64,000 nucleotides of DNA from Paramecium tetraurelia. Its lineage: Eukaryota. Shown here one piece after another: positions 40,401-55,703 of the stretch (position 1 is its first letter; each line of letters begins with the position of its first letter). The position numbers were made by a program, and so were the translations under genes. A model generated the notes under the pieces. The model ran no database searches. It saw only the letters and a list, made by a program, of their open reading frames with translations, and was not told the origin of the DNA. Location of the stretch: NCBI GenBank assembly GCA_000165425.1, contig CT868252.1, positions 372,001-436,000 of the forward strand. Direction: 5' to 3'.

Positions 40401-43400
40401 AGGACTTCTAGAAGTTCTTCAAGTCCTTTTGGCCACAAGTGAAAGTGGAGGAAAAGTAATAGAAAGAACATCCAGAACTATTGTTGGCATCTGAGGAGTA
40501 GAGAGAAGTGTATTAAGAGAAAAAGTACATGACAATTGCATCAATAGAAGAAGGGTGTTATTTGGCTCAAGAAGCTAGGATTTTAAAACATGTTAGTGAA
40601 CATTACAGGAAGACTCTGCAGGTCCTTGACTATTTCTAACAATTCACTTAATTCTTCAACAAGGTCTACGAGAAGGAAATCAAATCATTGAAGAAAGCTA
40701 TCTCAAATGAAGAATTCAAAATGTATATGGAGATTCTCAATAAATATAGAAGTTTATTGGATAAAATTCCATCAACGATTCAATTCCCTCTATTTCAAGT
40801 AAATTGTGAGTCTGTATGTTCAAGTGTCAAATAAATGATCAAAGAATACAAGGATAAACTGTTCATCAATTTTGAATCTGTTTTGATAGATCAATCTAAA
40901 GTGATATCTGATAGATACTTACAGATTAGTACATACATCAGAAGATCACTTAAAACACCTGAAGATGTGGAAGCCATGGACAAGTACATTACAGATGTTG
41001 GGTAGGAGAGAGTGAGGATAAAAACTAATACGACAGATATCTTTATTAAAGTTATGTTTCTATTGAAGCAAGATTATGTTATTAGTGAATAGTTGCTATT
41101 GTTATCAGAAGAATTGTATCATAGACCAGCTCAACTCGACAGGGAGTTGATTGAATAGGAGGAGAAACATCAAATTGAGAGAGGCAGATTGGAGGAAGAA
41201 CTCAAGAAGCAGAGATCCCAATTTGAGGAGAGAGTGGCTAAGTATTGTGTTGAAATTAAAAATCTTGACTCCTTCACTGAAAGATCGTAATACAAAGGAT
41301 ATGTTAAGGACATAGAAGAATTCGAACAGAGATTAGCTGATGCTGCTACAGAAATGCAAGAGATTATATAAAAGGAATTGACATTATTTGGATATCCATC
41401 TCAATTTGAAAATTTTGTGAAATTGCAGACTTAAATATTGCCATATTCAGAAATGTGGAAATCAATAGGGTTGTATATGGATCAAAAGAAGAAATGGATG
41501 AATGGCCCTATTATGGATGTTAATTACGGTGATGTAGAGACGATTTTGAAGAATCAAAAAAAAGGAATAGTTAAACTCAGCAAATTGTTCAAATAAAATA
41601 CCATTCCATTCAGAGTCTTGGGGGAGTTCACAGAGGATGTTGAAATCATGAGTTAAAACAGTAAGACTTTAGAAGTACTCTCCAATCCAGGTCTACGTGA
41701 AAGACATTGGAAATCAGTTTAAACTATTATAGCATAGACTTTCAACTATAAGGAAGTGTCTTTGAGGGAGTTGAATAATTGGAAGGTCGTAGAGTTTATT
41801 AGGGATGTGGAAGAAATTTCAGAAAATGCAAGCAAGGAATTCACCCTAGAAAATGCATTGGTCAAAATGAAAAGGGAATGGGATAGCATTAAATTGGTTG
41901 TTTTGAATTACAAGGGAAGAGGAGTTCTTATCCTGTAGGGATAATGTGTAGAGGAAATACAAACCTTATTGGATGACCATGTTATCAAATCCTAAACAAT
42001 CAGAGCTAACCCCTTGATTAAATTTATGGAGGAAGATGCCATAAGATGGGAGAAATTAATGATGTTTATATAGCAAATCTTAGATTTATGGATTAAGGTG
42101 TAAGGTATGTACTTATATTTGGAACCGATTTTCAGTTTTGAGGATATAATAAAGACATTGTATGATGAGAGTGAAAAATTCAAGAAGGTGAGTAGTAATT
42201 GGAATATAATTACAAAGGCTGTTGAAATGGAACCGTTAGCATTGAACTTAGAGAAGATTCCAAATTTAATGGATATCCTATAAACATCATTAAGATTAAT
42301 AGAGGAAATACAGAAAGGATTAGAGAATCATTTGGAAATTAAGCGATTGGAATTCCCACGCTTCTTTTTCTTATCAAATGATGATTTGATTAACATTTTG
42401 GCAGAAACAAGAGACCCTCTGTTAGTGTAACCTCATATGAGAAAGTGTTTTGAGGGGATTGAGGAATTAATATTCAATTCAAATACAGATATTTTAGGAA
42501 TGAAAAGTGTCGAAAAAGAAGAAGTCAACTTTGATAATAAGGTATCCCCGAAAGAGTTCAAGAATTGTGTAGAGAAATGGCTGCTGAAGGTAGAAGAAGA
42601 GATGAGGAACAGCATATCTCATTTAATTAGATAATGTTTTGGAGAATTACAAGAATTGCCAGTGTTAATCAAATGGATTCGTAGATGGCCTGGCCAATGT
42701 GTATTGACTTGTGCTTGCATTAATTTTACCAATTAAATCGAAAGTACTATAAGAACTGGAAAGACTCTTAATAAATTTGGGAGTGATAGAGTTAATCATT
42801 TGAATGAGATTGTATCTTAGGTAAGGGAATCTTAATAATAAAATGAAAGATTATTGTTGTCCGCTCTTATAGTGTTGGAAGTGCATAATAATGATATTTT
42901 ATAAGATCTGATAAAATTGGAAATGAAAGACACAAATATATTCGAATGGACTTCATAATTGAGATATTACATGTAGGAAGACACAAGTGTTTCAGTCAAG
43001 ATGGTCTAAACTTCTATTCCATATGGAAATGAGTATTTGGGTATAGGTAGCAGATTGGTTATTACTCCATTAACGGATCGATGTTATAGAACTCTAGTTG
43101 GGGCATTACATTTGAATTTGGGAGGAGCACCAGAAGGACCAGCTGGTACTGGTAAGACAGAATCCACAAAGGATTTAGCCAAAGCAGTAGCAGTATAATG
43201 TATAGTATTTAACTGTGGTGAGGGATTGAATACTCATGCTATGGCCAAGTTCTTTAAAGGACTAGCAAGTGCTGGTGCTTGGTCATGTTTTGATGAATTT
43301 AATAGAAATAGAATTGGAGGTCTTGTCTGTCATTGCATAATAAATCTTATAAAATTCAGTAAGCTAAGTCAATGTCGATTGAATCATTTTAATTTGAAGG

Positions 43401-46400
43401 CACAGAAATACATATTCAATAATCATGCAACATCTTTATTACAATGAATCCTGGATATGCAGGTAGATCAGAATTACCAGATAATTTGAAAGCACTCTTT
43501 AGACCATGTGCTATGATGGTACCAGACTATGCTCTCATTGCAGAAATATCTCTATATTCATTTGGATTTGTTGAGGCAAGAGCATTGGCTAAAAAGATCG
43601 TTGCTGTATATAAATTATGTTCAGAATAACTGTCAAGTCAAGATCACTATGATTATGGTATGAGAGCAGTCAAAGCAGTTTTGACAGCTGCATAATTACT
43701 CAAACGTAAATCTACTGAAAGAGAAGACATTCTTATTTACAGAGCCATTGGTGATATCAATTTACCAAAGTTCTTAACTAATGATGTGATGTTATTCAAT
43801 GGCATTATGAGTGATCTCTTTCCAGATGTCAAAGTGCAACCAGTTGAATATAAGAATCTGTAAGAAGCTATGAATTCAGTCTTGTAATCTTAGAACATGC
43901 AGATTGTACCTAACTTCAAAAGAAAAGTGTTACAATTATATGAGATGATCAATTGTAGACATGGACTAATGTTGGTTGGACAGACTATGAGTGGCAAAAC
44001 TTCTTGTTATTAAGTATTAGCATCTACTCTAACCTACTGCCATAAAAATGGGTTGTAAGATGAAAGATGTGTTTAATATCATGTGCTAAATCCAAAGTCA
44101 ATTACATTAAACTAATTATATGGATACTCTGATCCTGTCAGTAAGGAATGGACAGAAGGAGTATTGGGTGAAATATATCGTAAATGTGCTACATCCACTT
44201 CTTAGGATCGACAATTTTTGGTCTTCGATGGCCCTGTAGATGCAGCATGGATTGAAAATATGAATACAGTCTTAGATGATAATAAGAAACTGTGTCTAAT
44301 GAGTGGAGAGACCATTGCTATGACTGATAGAATGACAATCATCTTTGAAGTTCAGGATTTAACATAGGCATCTCCTGCAACTGTTAGTAGATGTGGTATG
44401 GTATATTTACAGCCTGATTAACTGGGATGGTTTAATGTATTTTTGAAATAATTACAAGAAGTTCAAAATGTGGATTAAGGCATTCTCATGAGAATTTCAG
44501 ATCTCTTTGAAACCATTATGGAAAAAGCTCAAAAATTCATTAAATAAAAATGTCATGAATATGAATCTGTACCAGAAAACTCATTTTGCATTCATACCTT
44601 ATCAATGTTGATTCAATTGATCTAAACACATCCTGAAGCTATAAAGAAACAAGCAGATCCTAGCATTCTGATTGATGCATTCTTCGTGTATTCTGTTGTA
44701 TGGACAGTCGGCAGTTCTGTGGATGAAATAGGTAGAAAACATTTTGATTAATATCTCAAAAAACTAATTAAGGAACCTCTCAGAAATGAGAATAAAAAAG
44801 ATGTTGTCATCAAAATAGACAAGTAATCCCAGATTCCAGAATTATCAAATACCAACATCTATGATTTCTTCTATGATTCTGAGTTACTCAAATGGAGAAT
44901 GTGGAAAGAATTGCTTCAAGATTCAAAAATACCAGAAAATATAACCTACCAGGAGATACTGGTTGAGACCTCTGAATCCTTAAGAATCACAGCACTAATT
45001 GACAAATGCATAAATCGTCACTCCCCCTTGTTGATAATTGGTCCAAGTGGAGTTGGTAAGACTTGTTATATCCGAAAACACATATCATAATTGTAAAACT
45101 ACTTAAATATATTTGTCAATTTCTCAGCCACTACAAGTGCTAACAAAACACAAATGATTATTGATTCTAAGGTCGAAAGGAAAAGAAAAGGTTTTTATGG
45201 GCCACCATTGGGATTCATCGGACTCATTTACATCGATGATTTAAATATGCCTGCCCCCGATAAATACGGTACTCAAGCTCCTTTGGAGTTGATAAGACAA
45301 TTTTTAGGCACCAAAGGGTGGTATGGACATGACAGATAATTCATGAACATCTTGGATTGCAACGTTATTGCATCAATGGGATTGCCAGGAGGTGGAAGAA
45401 GCTTTGTGACATAGAGATTGTTGAGATTCTTTTAAATTGTATCCATTGTCACTCCTGACACCAACAACATTGTACACATCTTCAATTCCATTATCTCTTG
45501 GCATTTGAATAATATTAAAATAGAAAACACAGATAATGACATTAGGAAGAGTTTCCAATATGCTATTGAAGCTACAATTGATTTATATACATAGATTCGA
45601 GACTAATTAAAGGCAACTCCACGAAAGTCATGGTATATCCTTAATATGAGAGACATCAGTCGAGTAGTACAAGGGATGACTTTGGTGATAAATTCAAAGG
45701 AATTATCACTTGATCATAAGAAAGTTTAGAGATTATGGCTTCATGAAACCACAAGAACCTTTTTTGATAGATTGGAATAGGTTGATCATGAACAATATTC
45801 ATTAATGTTGGCAAACTCAATTAAACTAAAATTAAGAGATGATCTAAAACACATGATTAAACCATACGATGATGTTGCAACTACTAAATACAATATAAAG
45901 AGTTATGTTTGGTCAGACATTCTTTCAGAAGAACCAAATGTTTCAGAAAGAAAATACACAGAGGTAATGTCATCAACTAGAGTGTATTCAAAGTTGCAAT
46001 TCTATTTGGAAGATCTTAATTCCAATACAAAAAAGCCATTGAATTTGGCCTTGTTTGATTATTGTGTTGACCATCTCTTAAGAATCCAAAGAGTCTTAAA
46101 TATGACTTAAGGTCACATGTTATTGATTGGATTAGGAGGATCTGGTAGGTAGAGTCTAACTAGATTGGCATGCTTTATTAGAGAATAAGAATTCTTACAA
46201 ATTGAAGTAGGCAAAGGATATACTTATGAACAATGGAAAGAAACAATGTAGAAATTAATGATAAATGCTGGAGCAGACAATAAGGAGATAACTCTTTGTA
46301 TTTCAGATTCATAAATCAAGAAACCCTTTATTTTAGAGGATGTTAATAATCTACTTAATACAGGTGACATTCCAAATCTCTTTGGATAGGAAGATTTCAT

Positions 46401-49400
46401 TCCATAAATAGATAAACTTAGATTGAAAGCAAAGAAGGAAGGCAAATAGTAATTGTTTGATAATGGGAATAATGCTCAATTCTATGATTATTTTATTGAA
46501 TGTGTCAAGAAGAAACTTCATGTTGTTTTGGTTATGAGTCCCATTGGGGATACTTTAAGATCGAGAATACGCATGTTTCCGAGCATTGTAAATTGTGCAA
46601 CAATTGATTGTTTCCATTAATGGCCTGAAGATGCTTTAGAAGCTGTAGCTAGAAAGTTCTTAGAGGATATACAGATCAAGGATAGTCAATAAAGATTATT
46701 GGTTGCCTAGTGCAAATATATGCATTCATCATTACAGACTATTAGTGAGTAATTCAAATCTCAAGAAGGAAGACACAATTATGTTACTCCTAGTAGTTAT
46801 TTTGAGTTATTGAAGACATTTTAAGCTGTTTTGCATGTAGAGAAAACTAAGTTGGAAGATACTAGAAATATGTATAAGAATGGAGTCACCAAACTTGATC
46901 AAACTTCAGAGGAAGTTAAGAGAATGGAAGCTGAATTAATCGAAAAATAGCCTAAATTAGTTGAAATGAATATTGAAGCCAGTAAATTGGCAGTCATTAT
47001 CAAATAATAGGCAGATGCTATGGAACCTAAGAGATTGTAAGTACAAGAAGAGGAGGCTCGAGTTTCAGAATGTGTTAAAGAGGCTGAAATAATCAATTAA
47101 GAATGCGAGAAAGAATTATCTGTAGCAAAGCCTAAATTAAAATAAGCAGAAGAAGCTTTAAATACCCTATCTCCTGCTGATATTAATTCAATTAAGGCTA
47201 TGTTGAAACCACCAATCACTGTTAAGTTAGTTATGGAATCTGTTTGCGTCTTGTGTGGAGTCCCTCCTATAAGTATGCCTAAACCTGAGAATCCAAAAGA
47301 AAGGTTTATGGATTATTGGGAGGCGAGTAAGAAGTTTTTAGCAGACAAAGATTTCTTATAGAAACTGATTGGCTATGATAAAAATAATATTAAACCTGAA
47401 ATTATGTAGAAAGTCAGAAATAATTATGTCTCCAAGAAGGACGAATTCAATCCAAAAAGAGTTGAAAAGGCGAGTTCTGCTGCTAAAGGATTATGCGAAT
47501 GGGTTCTAGCTTTAGATGAGTATGAAAAGGTACTCACTATTGTTAGACCTAAACAAGAAAAGTATCTTCAATCACAATAGGAAGTAGCAAGATTGTCAGA
47601 GTCATTGAAAATTCTATAATAGGATTTATCTGTTTTAACAGCAGAGATTAATAAGTTAGAATTGGCTTATTAGGAAACTATGAATAATCAATAACAATTA
47701 GATAGAGATATTAAGGAGTGTGAAGTCAAGTTGCAGAGAGCTACAAAGTTGATGGAAGGATTGGGAGGAGAAAGAGAGAGATGGAGTAAGTCATCTGCCA
47801 TTTATGAATAGAGATTAAAATAAGTATTGGGAGATATCATACTATCATCAGGAACTATTGCATATTTAGGGGTCTTTAGTAATAGTTTCAGATAGAAAAC
47901 CATCAAAATGTGGATGGATAACTTGAAGGGTAATATGTAATTCTCTGAAAACTTTTCATTACAGAACATTCTTGGATAACCAATTTTGATTAGACAATGG
48001 AGAATGAATGGATTACCTAGTGATTAGTTCAGCATTGAAAATGGAATTATAATGAATAGATGCCAAAGATTCCCTCTTTTAATAGACCCACAAGGACAGG
48101 GCAATAGATTTATTAGACTAAATGAAAAAGATATAAAATTAGTTAAATTCACAGACAGTGATTTCTTGAGAACATTAGAAAATACATTGCAATTTGGATA
48201 ACCATTACTCATTGAAAATGTATATGAGGATATTGATTCAACTATTGATTCTGTCTTACTCAAGTAAATATTCAAAAGTGCTGGAGTTATGTCAGTCAGA
48301 ATTGGAGATAACATTATACCCTATAATAAATTGTTCAATCTGTTCATGACTACTAAATTAAGCAATCCTCACTACACTCCAGAAATAAGCACTAAAGTGA
48401 CAATTATTAATTTCACCATTACTCAAAGTGGATTAGAGGATCAATTACTAGAAATATGTGTTAGCAAAGAGTAACCAAATTTAGAAGAAGAGAAGAATAG
48501 GTAGATTTTATAGTAACACAAAAACAAACAGGAGTTGTAAAAAATAGAGGATCAAATTCTGAGAGTTTTAAATAAGGCTGAAAATATTTTGAATGATGAG
48601 GAAGCTATTTAAATTTTATAGACTTCCAAAGAAAAATCAAAAGATATTGAAGAGAAATAGGAGACATCAGAATATACAGAGAGAAAGATAGATGAAGCCA
48701 GAGTATAATACAAACCAATTGCTATTCATGGAGCTTTGCTCTTCTTTGCAGTTATATCCCTGGCCTAATTAGATTCTATGTATTAATACTCCTTATCTTG
48801 GTTATTAAATTTGTATTAGGAAGCATTCATTAAAAGTGAACCAAGTTAACGTATTCAATAAAGAATAAATAACATTAATAATATGACACTCCATTTATTG
48901 TATAATTAAGTTTGCCGGGGATTATTTGAAAAAGATAAATTGCTTTACAGTTTCATTATTTTGATCAAAATTCTTGAATAAAAGAAATAAATAGATTTTG
49001 AAGAATTTTCCTTCATTATCAGATAAATAACTATTCCCACTGAAGTACCTGAAAATCCTTACAAAGAATGGTTACCAAACCAAGCCTGGGCAAGAATATA
49101 AGTGCTAATCAAAGTGAACAAGAAATTATCATAAATTGTGGATAGTATGCATAATTTCCCTGAAGTCTGGATGGAATTACTCAACTCTCCTGAAGGTCAT
49201 TAAGTTAGATTGCCAGAACCTTTTGTTGTCATCACACCCATCTAGAGGATGTGTATTATTAAAGCGTTAGGACCTGGTAAACTACCTAAAGTGATACAAG
49301 ACTTTGTTGCTTCTGAATTAGGAGATAAATACACTTAACCCCCACCATTTTCACTCAATTAATCATTTTAGGGTAGCAATCCAAAATCGCCATTATTATT

Positions 49401-51197
49401 TGTATTGCCTGGTACTGATCCAATGAATGCTTTACTTAGTTTTGCTAAATAGAAGGATATCTAATTAAGATCTGTTTCATTGGGTTAAGGATAAGGAGTG
49501 ATTGCAGAAAAGGAAATTGAAGATGCAAAGTAATCAGGAACTTGGGTGATATTATAAAATTGTCATTTATATCCATCATGGATGCCAAAATTAGAAAAGA
49601 TTATAGAGGATATACAAACATAGAAAATGCACAATCATTTCAGACTCTGGTTAAACTAGTATCCCAGTGAGGATTTGCCTGCATCTATTGTTTAGAGTAG
49701 TGTGAAGATGACAAATGAACCTCCAACTGGAATCAAATCGAATCTATAGGTCAGTTATTCTAGTGCTCTTTATTAACAATTAGATTATTCAAATAAGAAA
49801 CTATCAAAACTATTTTATGCATTATCATTTTTCCATGCTATATTATAAGAGCGTAGAAATTACGGACCTATAGGATTTAATATCTATTATGATTTTAATC
49901 AATCCGATCTATTTATATCAATTAGACAACTTTAATAAATGGCTGCCAACGTCTCTATACCATTCCATGCATTACATTATCTAATTGGGGAATGCAACTA
50001 TGGAGGCAGAGTGACTGATGAGAGAGACAGGAGAGTGGTGAGAGCTCTTTTAGATGAGTATCTAACTGATAAAGTCACATAAGACACCTTCTAAATTCAA
50101 GATTTTCCAATCATTGAAGGATTATCATATGAAGAATATATTAATCAATTGAACAATCTGCCACTAGTTCAACCTACTCATCTTTTTGGATTCCATCCCA
50201 ATGCTGAAATCATGAAGGATTAACAATATACTGATGAGATCCTTAGGAAATTGTAACAAACTCTCGGATCCTCATATAGTGAAGGTTAATAAAATGATGA
50301 ATCCAAAAAGGCAGATAATGTCCTTAAATAATTATGTGAAGAGTACCTTGCAAATTTCCCTAGAAAATTTGATATGGAAATTGCAAATGCTAAATACCCT
50401 CATGATTATAAGAACTCTTTTAATACTGTTTTCTAATAGGAAATATCCAGATTCAATAAATTGATCTCAATCATTTAGTAATCATTTATTGACACTTTGA
50501 ATGCCATAAAGGGTTTAACCGCCATGTCTGATTAATTGGAAAAAATTACTCAATCATTTCTAATTGGAGCGGTGCCAGATTAATGGAAAAAACATAGCTA
50601 TCCTTCATTGAAACCATTAGCTTCGTATCTATAGGATTTCCTAAGAAGAATCAGATACTTCCAAAATTGGCTAGATAAATAGATCCCTTATGTCCATTGG
50701 ATCTCTGGCTTCTTCTTTACTCAATCCTTCTTGACTGCTGTCCTACAAAACCATGCGAGAAAATACTCAATAGCAATAGACAAATTAGACTTTGATTTCC
50801 AATTTCTTGAAGAGCCACAACTCAATTTTGAAATTAATTAATTACCTCGATAAGTTAACGGTAACCTATTATCATTTACATTATAGATGGCACTCTTATC
50901 TTTGGACTCTTCATTGAAGGATGCAGATGGGATTATGGTCGAGAAATGATTGTGGAATCTAATCCTAAAGTACTGACAACTCTGGCACCTATCATTTGGC
51001 TGAAACCTATATAAGGGGAAGTAGACACAAGAAACTAATATGTTTGCCCAGTCTACAAAACTGCTGAAAGAAGAGGTGTTCTCTCCACCACTGGTCATTC
51101 TACTAATTTCATTATGAATGTCAATCTGCCAACTGAATAATCATAACATCATTGGGTGAAGAGAGGCGTGGCTATGCTTTGTTAATTAACTGACTGA
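37485..51197 (+). CDS. Axonemal inner-arm single-headed dynein heavy chain (DNAH3/7/12-like)
   Basis: [11 protein letters not shown]-loops [24 protein letters not shown] and [53 protein letters not shown]; three apparent +1 frameshifts. Confidence 0.97.
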
Positions 51198-51399
51198 CTG
51201 AATACACTGAATTAATTCGATATATATTAATAACATTTTATATAATCAATCATTTTAGATTTTGCAAACTCATTTTAAATATAATAAAGTGATTCCTGTT
51301 AAAATTAAATTAATTCTATTTTAAATCAAGTTTTTCATCATAAATAAACTCATGTTTTCCTTTACATTTAATTATTATAATCTAGAAATTTAAATTATC

Positions 51400-51930
51400 A
51401 TGTATGCTAATACTTTTAAGCAATCCCAAGATTAAAACAATCCTAATCAACTTCCCTAGCCATTCTCTTACATTCCAGACAGTCCAACTTCCAAAGCTTA
51501 GAAAAAAGGAGAGCAAGAACTTTTTAAACTAAGCGTTAATAAGCAAATCAGCACTTAATCAGATGTCGAAAATATCGTTAATTCTTATTTAATCACGAAT
51601 GAAAAAAATAATCTTCCATTAACCAATCATAACAAATTTCTCTAGGTTTCAAATTTTCCTCTCAATGATAATTTTGAAAAGTACGAATATGAAAAACCCA
51701 TTAAAATCTCATAACCCTCTAAGATCTATTGTAAGTTTTGCAATACAAGAAAACCAACTCAATCACTCCTCAAAAATGGATCAAATACATATATCCTCGC
51801 TTGTATTTTATTCATAATTATTCTCCCCCTATTTTGGATTCCTCTGATATCCAAAAAATGCAAAGATTAAATCGAAATCTGTGTTGTTTGTAATCGACAA
51901 ACAAGCTATATTCCATTTAGATTGTTTTGA
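51400..51930 (+). CDS. LITAF-domain protein
   Basis: IYCKFC...hydrophobic ILACILFIIILPLFWIPL...CKDQIEICVVC. Confidence 0.88.
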
Positions 51931-52018
51931 ATATAGATTTTTGTATTATTAGATTAATCTAAAATAAATACCATTACAGAATTATTATATTGCAAAAATT
52001 GATATCAAAATTGTATTA

Positions 52019-52300
52019 ATGCAACCAAGATTTCAATTTGATAAATTAAAAGTTACAACAAGAAACCTACCATAAGACTCTCAATTTTCATAACATTCTG
52101 TCCAGTATTTCCCTTTTGATTAATTAGCTAAACTCTTATCTACAAATCATAAAAATAGAAATTTAGATGTATCTGCAACGATTATTAATTATCGTAATTA
52201 TCAAAGTAATAACATAATGGCAACTAATCATTATGAAAAATTTATCCTAATAATTTTTAATTATGATACAATAATAATGATAGTGTTCAAATTACTATGA
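52019..52300 (+). other. Short code-6 ORF (93 aa), possible small gene or relic
   Basis: ATG-to-TGA open frame filling the space between LITAF and kinesin; no motif. Confidence 0.25.
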
Positions 52301-52365
52301 TATTGGATATAGTTTTATAATTTTTAAATTAAATTAAACATTCATAGATGAGATAAATAATATTT

Positions 52366-54394
52366 TCAGTTATTTTCTTTTTAATCTATTACATTGATGT
52401 AAGTAGTTCCATATAAATTTATTGTTGTTACCTAGGGATCCACAACTCGTGACTTTTTATGAATACTAAGATTTGATAGATCTTTTGATAACTCTCTTGA
52501 ATCATCTTTTGAAATGGAATCTAAATTATACTCTATCTTTTTACTTAGATTTCTATATATTGAATGATGTTTTAAAGGCGATCTAACTGGTGAAGTTCCA
52601 AAAATACTACTTGCAGGAGATCTCTCTCTTGGAGATAATCTCTACTTAATGTGAGAAATATTAGCAAATCTTGGTCTGTCCTCAGCAGGTTATTATGTTA
52701 TCGATGCCTTCTTCTTAATTTAGGAATTATTAGTAGAAGATGAAAATGAAATAGGATATGATTGATCTGAATCTCCACTTGTAGTATATTATGATTAATT
52801 TTTTTGTAATTTAATGGATTCTATAATCGTTTTTTATTAAGCTATGATTAAATCCTTTGAAACTAATTCTTATTGTGATTTCTCTTGATCAGATTTCATG
52901 TCTAGTATTTATTTGGAAAGATCTGCAAATCTTTACTTCCAATAATTTATAGTTGATTATTACTCTTCTGTAATCTAAAGAAGTAACGACTTTAGAATAT
53001 TTTTTTATTATAGATTGGTTTTGAGTGCATTCTATAGTTGTTTTTCAATTATTTGATTTTCTTTTTGTGCAGCCAACAATTTCATATAATTTTCATCCTC
53101 CTATTTAGTTTCTTGTGTTTCTTCAATTTTTAAGGAATTTGCTTGAATTTACGATTAAATTTCCATAATTGAATTGTTAATCTCGTAATATTCTTCAACA
53201 TTTTAGTAGATATCATTGTAAATTTTAGTTAAATAAATTGATTTAGAGGAAGTATCTCCTGAATGTTAAGATTCATTAGTGGGAGACAGATCTTCTGATT
53301 TTGAATTCTGTTGAATTGATGTGACCTCTTTTTGAACCTGTCTCTTGATTTAAGTAGCTCTTTAAGAATAAGTCAATGTATTCAGAATCTCATCGTAGGA
53401 TTGCTTATTCTATTATACACATGCTATCATTATAGTTTTAGTGTTTCCCCCCAAAGAGTCCTGTAAGAGTCTGGTAAGCTTGGAATTTCTATATGGAATG
53501 TGTTAATTTTTCTTTGTTTTATCTGAGAGCATTGTTAGACAATGACTCAAGGCCAACAATGATTTGTTGATATTAGAACCTTCTTACTGGTTTTTTGATT
53601 TCTATTCTAAGTAGACTTTTTCAGAGCCTGCCAAATCTACAATAAACAATTTGGGAGTTAGAATTTAACTAATAATAATTATAATATTAATACTTATCAA
53701 TCTTATAGGATAGGTTTACCTGAATCACAGCGTGGGATCTAGAAGATGAGACATTGTATATAGTTTGGGCCAGACTTCTATTTTGATTGCCAAGGTTCAA
53801 GACCTCTTTCACTTCTTCGCAATTCTTACAAACCATTTACTATACTCCAGATATATATTATCCTCTTTAACTATCCTGCATAATTACTAATGATTTTTGA
53901 TTAGTATTTAAGAGATCCCTTATAGTTTCATTGTATATCTCAATAAAACTCACCTCCACCAATGCATTTGGGTAAGCACTAACTTAAATTGCTTATATAC
54001 TTTGTTTTTTCAACTAAATAATTTAAACATTAGAATGCAAGTCCCTCGTCTTTCTCATTGCCAAAAATAGTGTGTGTTTTCCCTGACCCTGTTATACCAT
54101 AAGCCAAAATCGTTGTATTATAGCCTTCAAGGAAATAATTGATATTATGCTATCACTTTAGATAAAAAAAGCATACTTAGAGAATCTCAGAAAAGATCTA
54201 AGCATTATTTTCGTTATTGAATATACGGTCAAAATGAAACTCTTTATTGTTTCTACCCTATTTGGTAATTACTATTCTCTTTTCATCCAACTCTTAAATA
54301 AGACTGTCCTGACTAGAAATTGCGAATATTATTACTTATTATCTAACAAGGGCTTTACTCTAAGATATACTTAAAAGGGTGTATTATTAGACAT
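52366..54394 (-). CDS. Kinesin motor protein (N-terminal motor)
   Basis: [53 protein letters not shown]. Confidence 0.95.
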
Positions 54395-54956
54395 TTAATT
54401 AGCAGTTAAATATTAAATTTATTTTAATACTATATATAATTTAGCATTTAAAGTAATTATATTAGCACTCTAATAGATGAGCATCCACGAAACTTGTTCA
54501 ACTTCGAATAAAGTTACTGATCATATAAAATGTTCCAAAAACCATATTGCTTACAAATTAAATAACATAAATTTAAATATGCCAACAGTTATAAAAATAA
54601 CATTAAGAAGAAATAAAAAACAATTAAATAGTTTAATTTCTATACCAATTCAAATTTATTTTAGATTTACCTAAATCTACTAGTTATTTTTATCTAAATT
54701 CTTCACACCTCTAATGGAATTAATTTCCGATTCTCTATAGATGATATTAATTCTTTCATTAATTTCAATGGATCACCAAGCAAACTTCTCTTACATCTTA
54801 CTAGATAAAGAAACTCATTTATATTAGGAGTAAGAATCTATAAAATTATCAAATCTAAAAGGTAGAAAAAACCATAGAATTGAAATCATCTTTTAGGTGA
54901 GAATCAAAAAAAAAGAATTTTAATAATAGAGTTCCAAACTTGGATTATATGTATAT

Positions 54957-55700
54957 TCATTTGAACAAAATATCTTCCAAGTCTCTGGCTTCGATAAGTT
55001 CTTTATATTTTGATCCCTTTTCCTTAAGTTCATCTATGCTCATTCCTTTGAGTTCTGAAGATATCAATTCCACTTTTTTATTTTTCAATGGACAAGGCTC
55101 ATCTTTAGGAGCTTAATAAGGTTTAGAATTCTTTCTATCCCATTCTTCTTGAATAGGGTCTTCTTCAATTTCTACAAAATAGGTCTTGCCGTTTTCGCAT
55201 CCATCCCAACCGCCACGACTGAATTCAAATGTCTTTTTCTTGTCCTCTGATTTTAAAATCAATTTGTATTGTCCCTGAAAAACAAAGGATAAACAATATT
55301 TCTCATCAATGGCCTTAGCCAATAATTATCCATCTTTGATTGGAAACTTTTCATTATAGTGTGAATACTTCACTGTAACTTCTCCATAAACAGGGACATG
55401 AATTTATGCAAACTCATTTTATTTGATTGGTTCCTGTTACAATTTAAATTGCTACTAATCAGGCTCTGATTTATCAGATAGAATGGACTCTGTTAATTGA
55501 ACAACTTTAGTTTCAGGAGGCTTTTGTTATTATTATTTTGCTTGTTGCTATTATGGGACATTGGCTTTTGTTTGTTTTTTTATAGGTTATTTGGGAGGAG
55601 GAGCTTAATATTTTGGCTTTTATTGTACTGGCTTGGGTTTGAGAGTGACCTTAGTTGAGGAACCTGTGGCCACTCCTTAAATTACTAATTATTATTTCAT
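54957..55700 (-). CDS. Hypothetical protein (247 aa): P/Q/K-rich N-terminus and globular C-domain
   Basis: Intronless ORF; GEVTVKYSHYNEKFPIKDG...IDEKYCLSFVF. Confidence 0.8.
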
Positions 55701-55703
55701 ATA

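Noticed and set aside
43300..43360. Euplotes-type AAA-TAR programmed frameshift
   Set aside because: AAATAG is not in frame, TAR is a sense codon here, and the other sites share no motif
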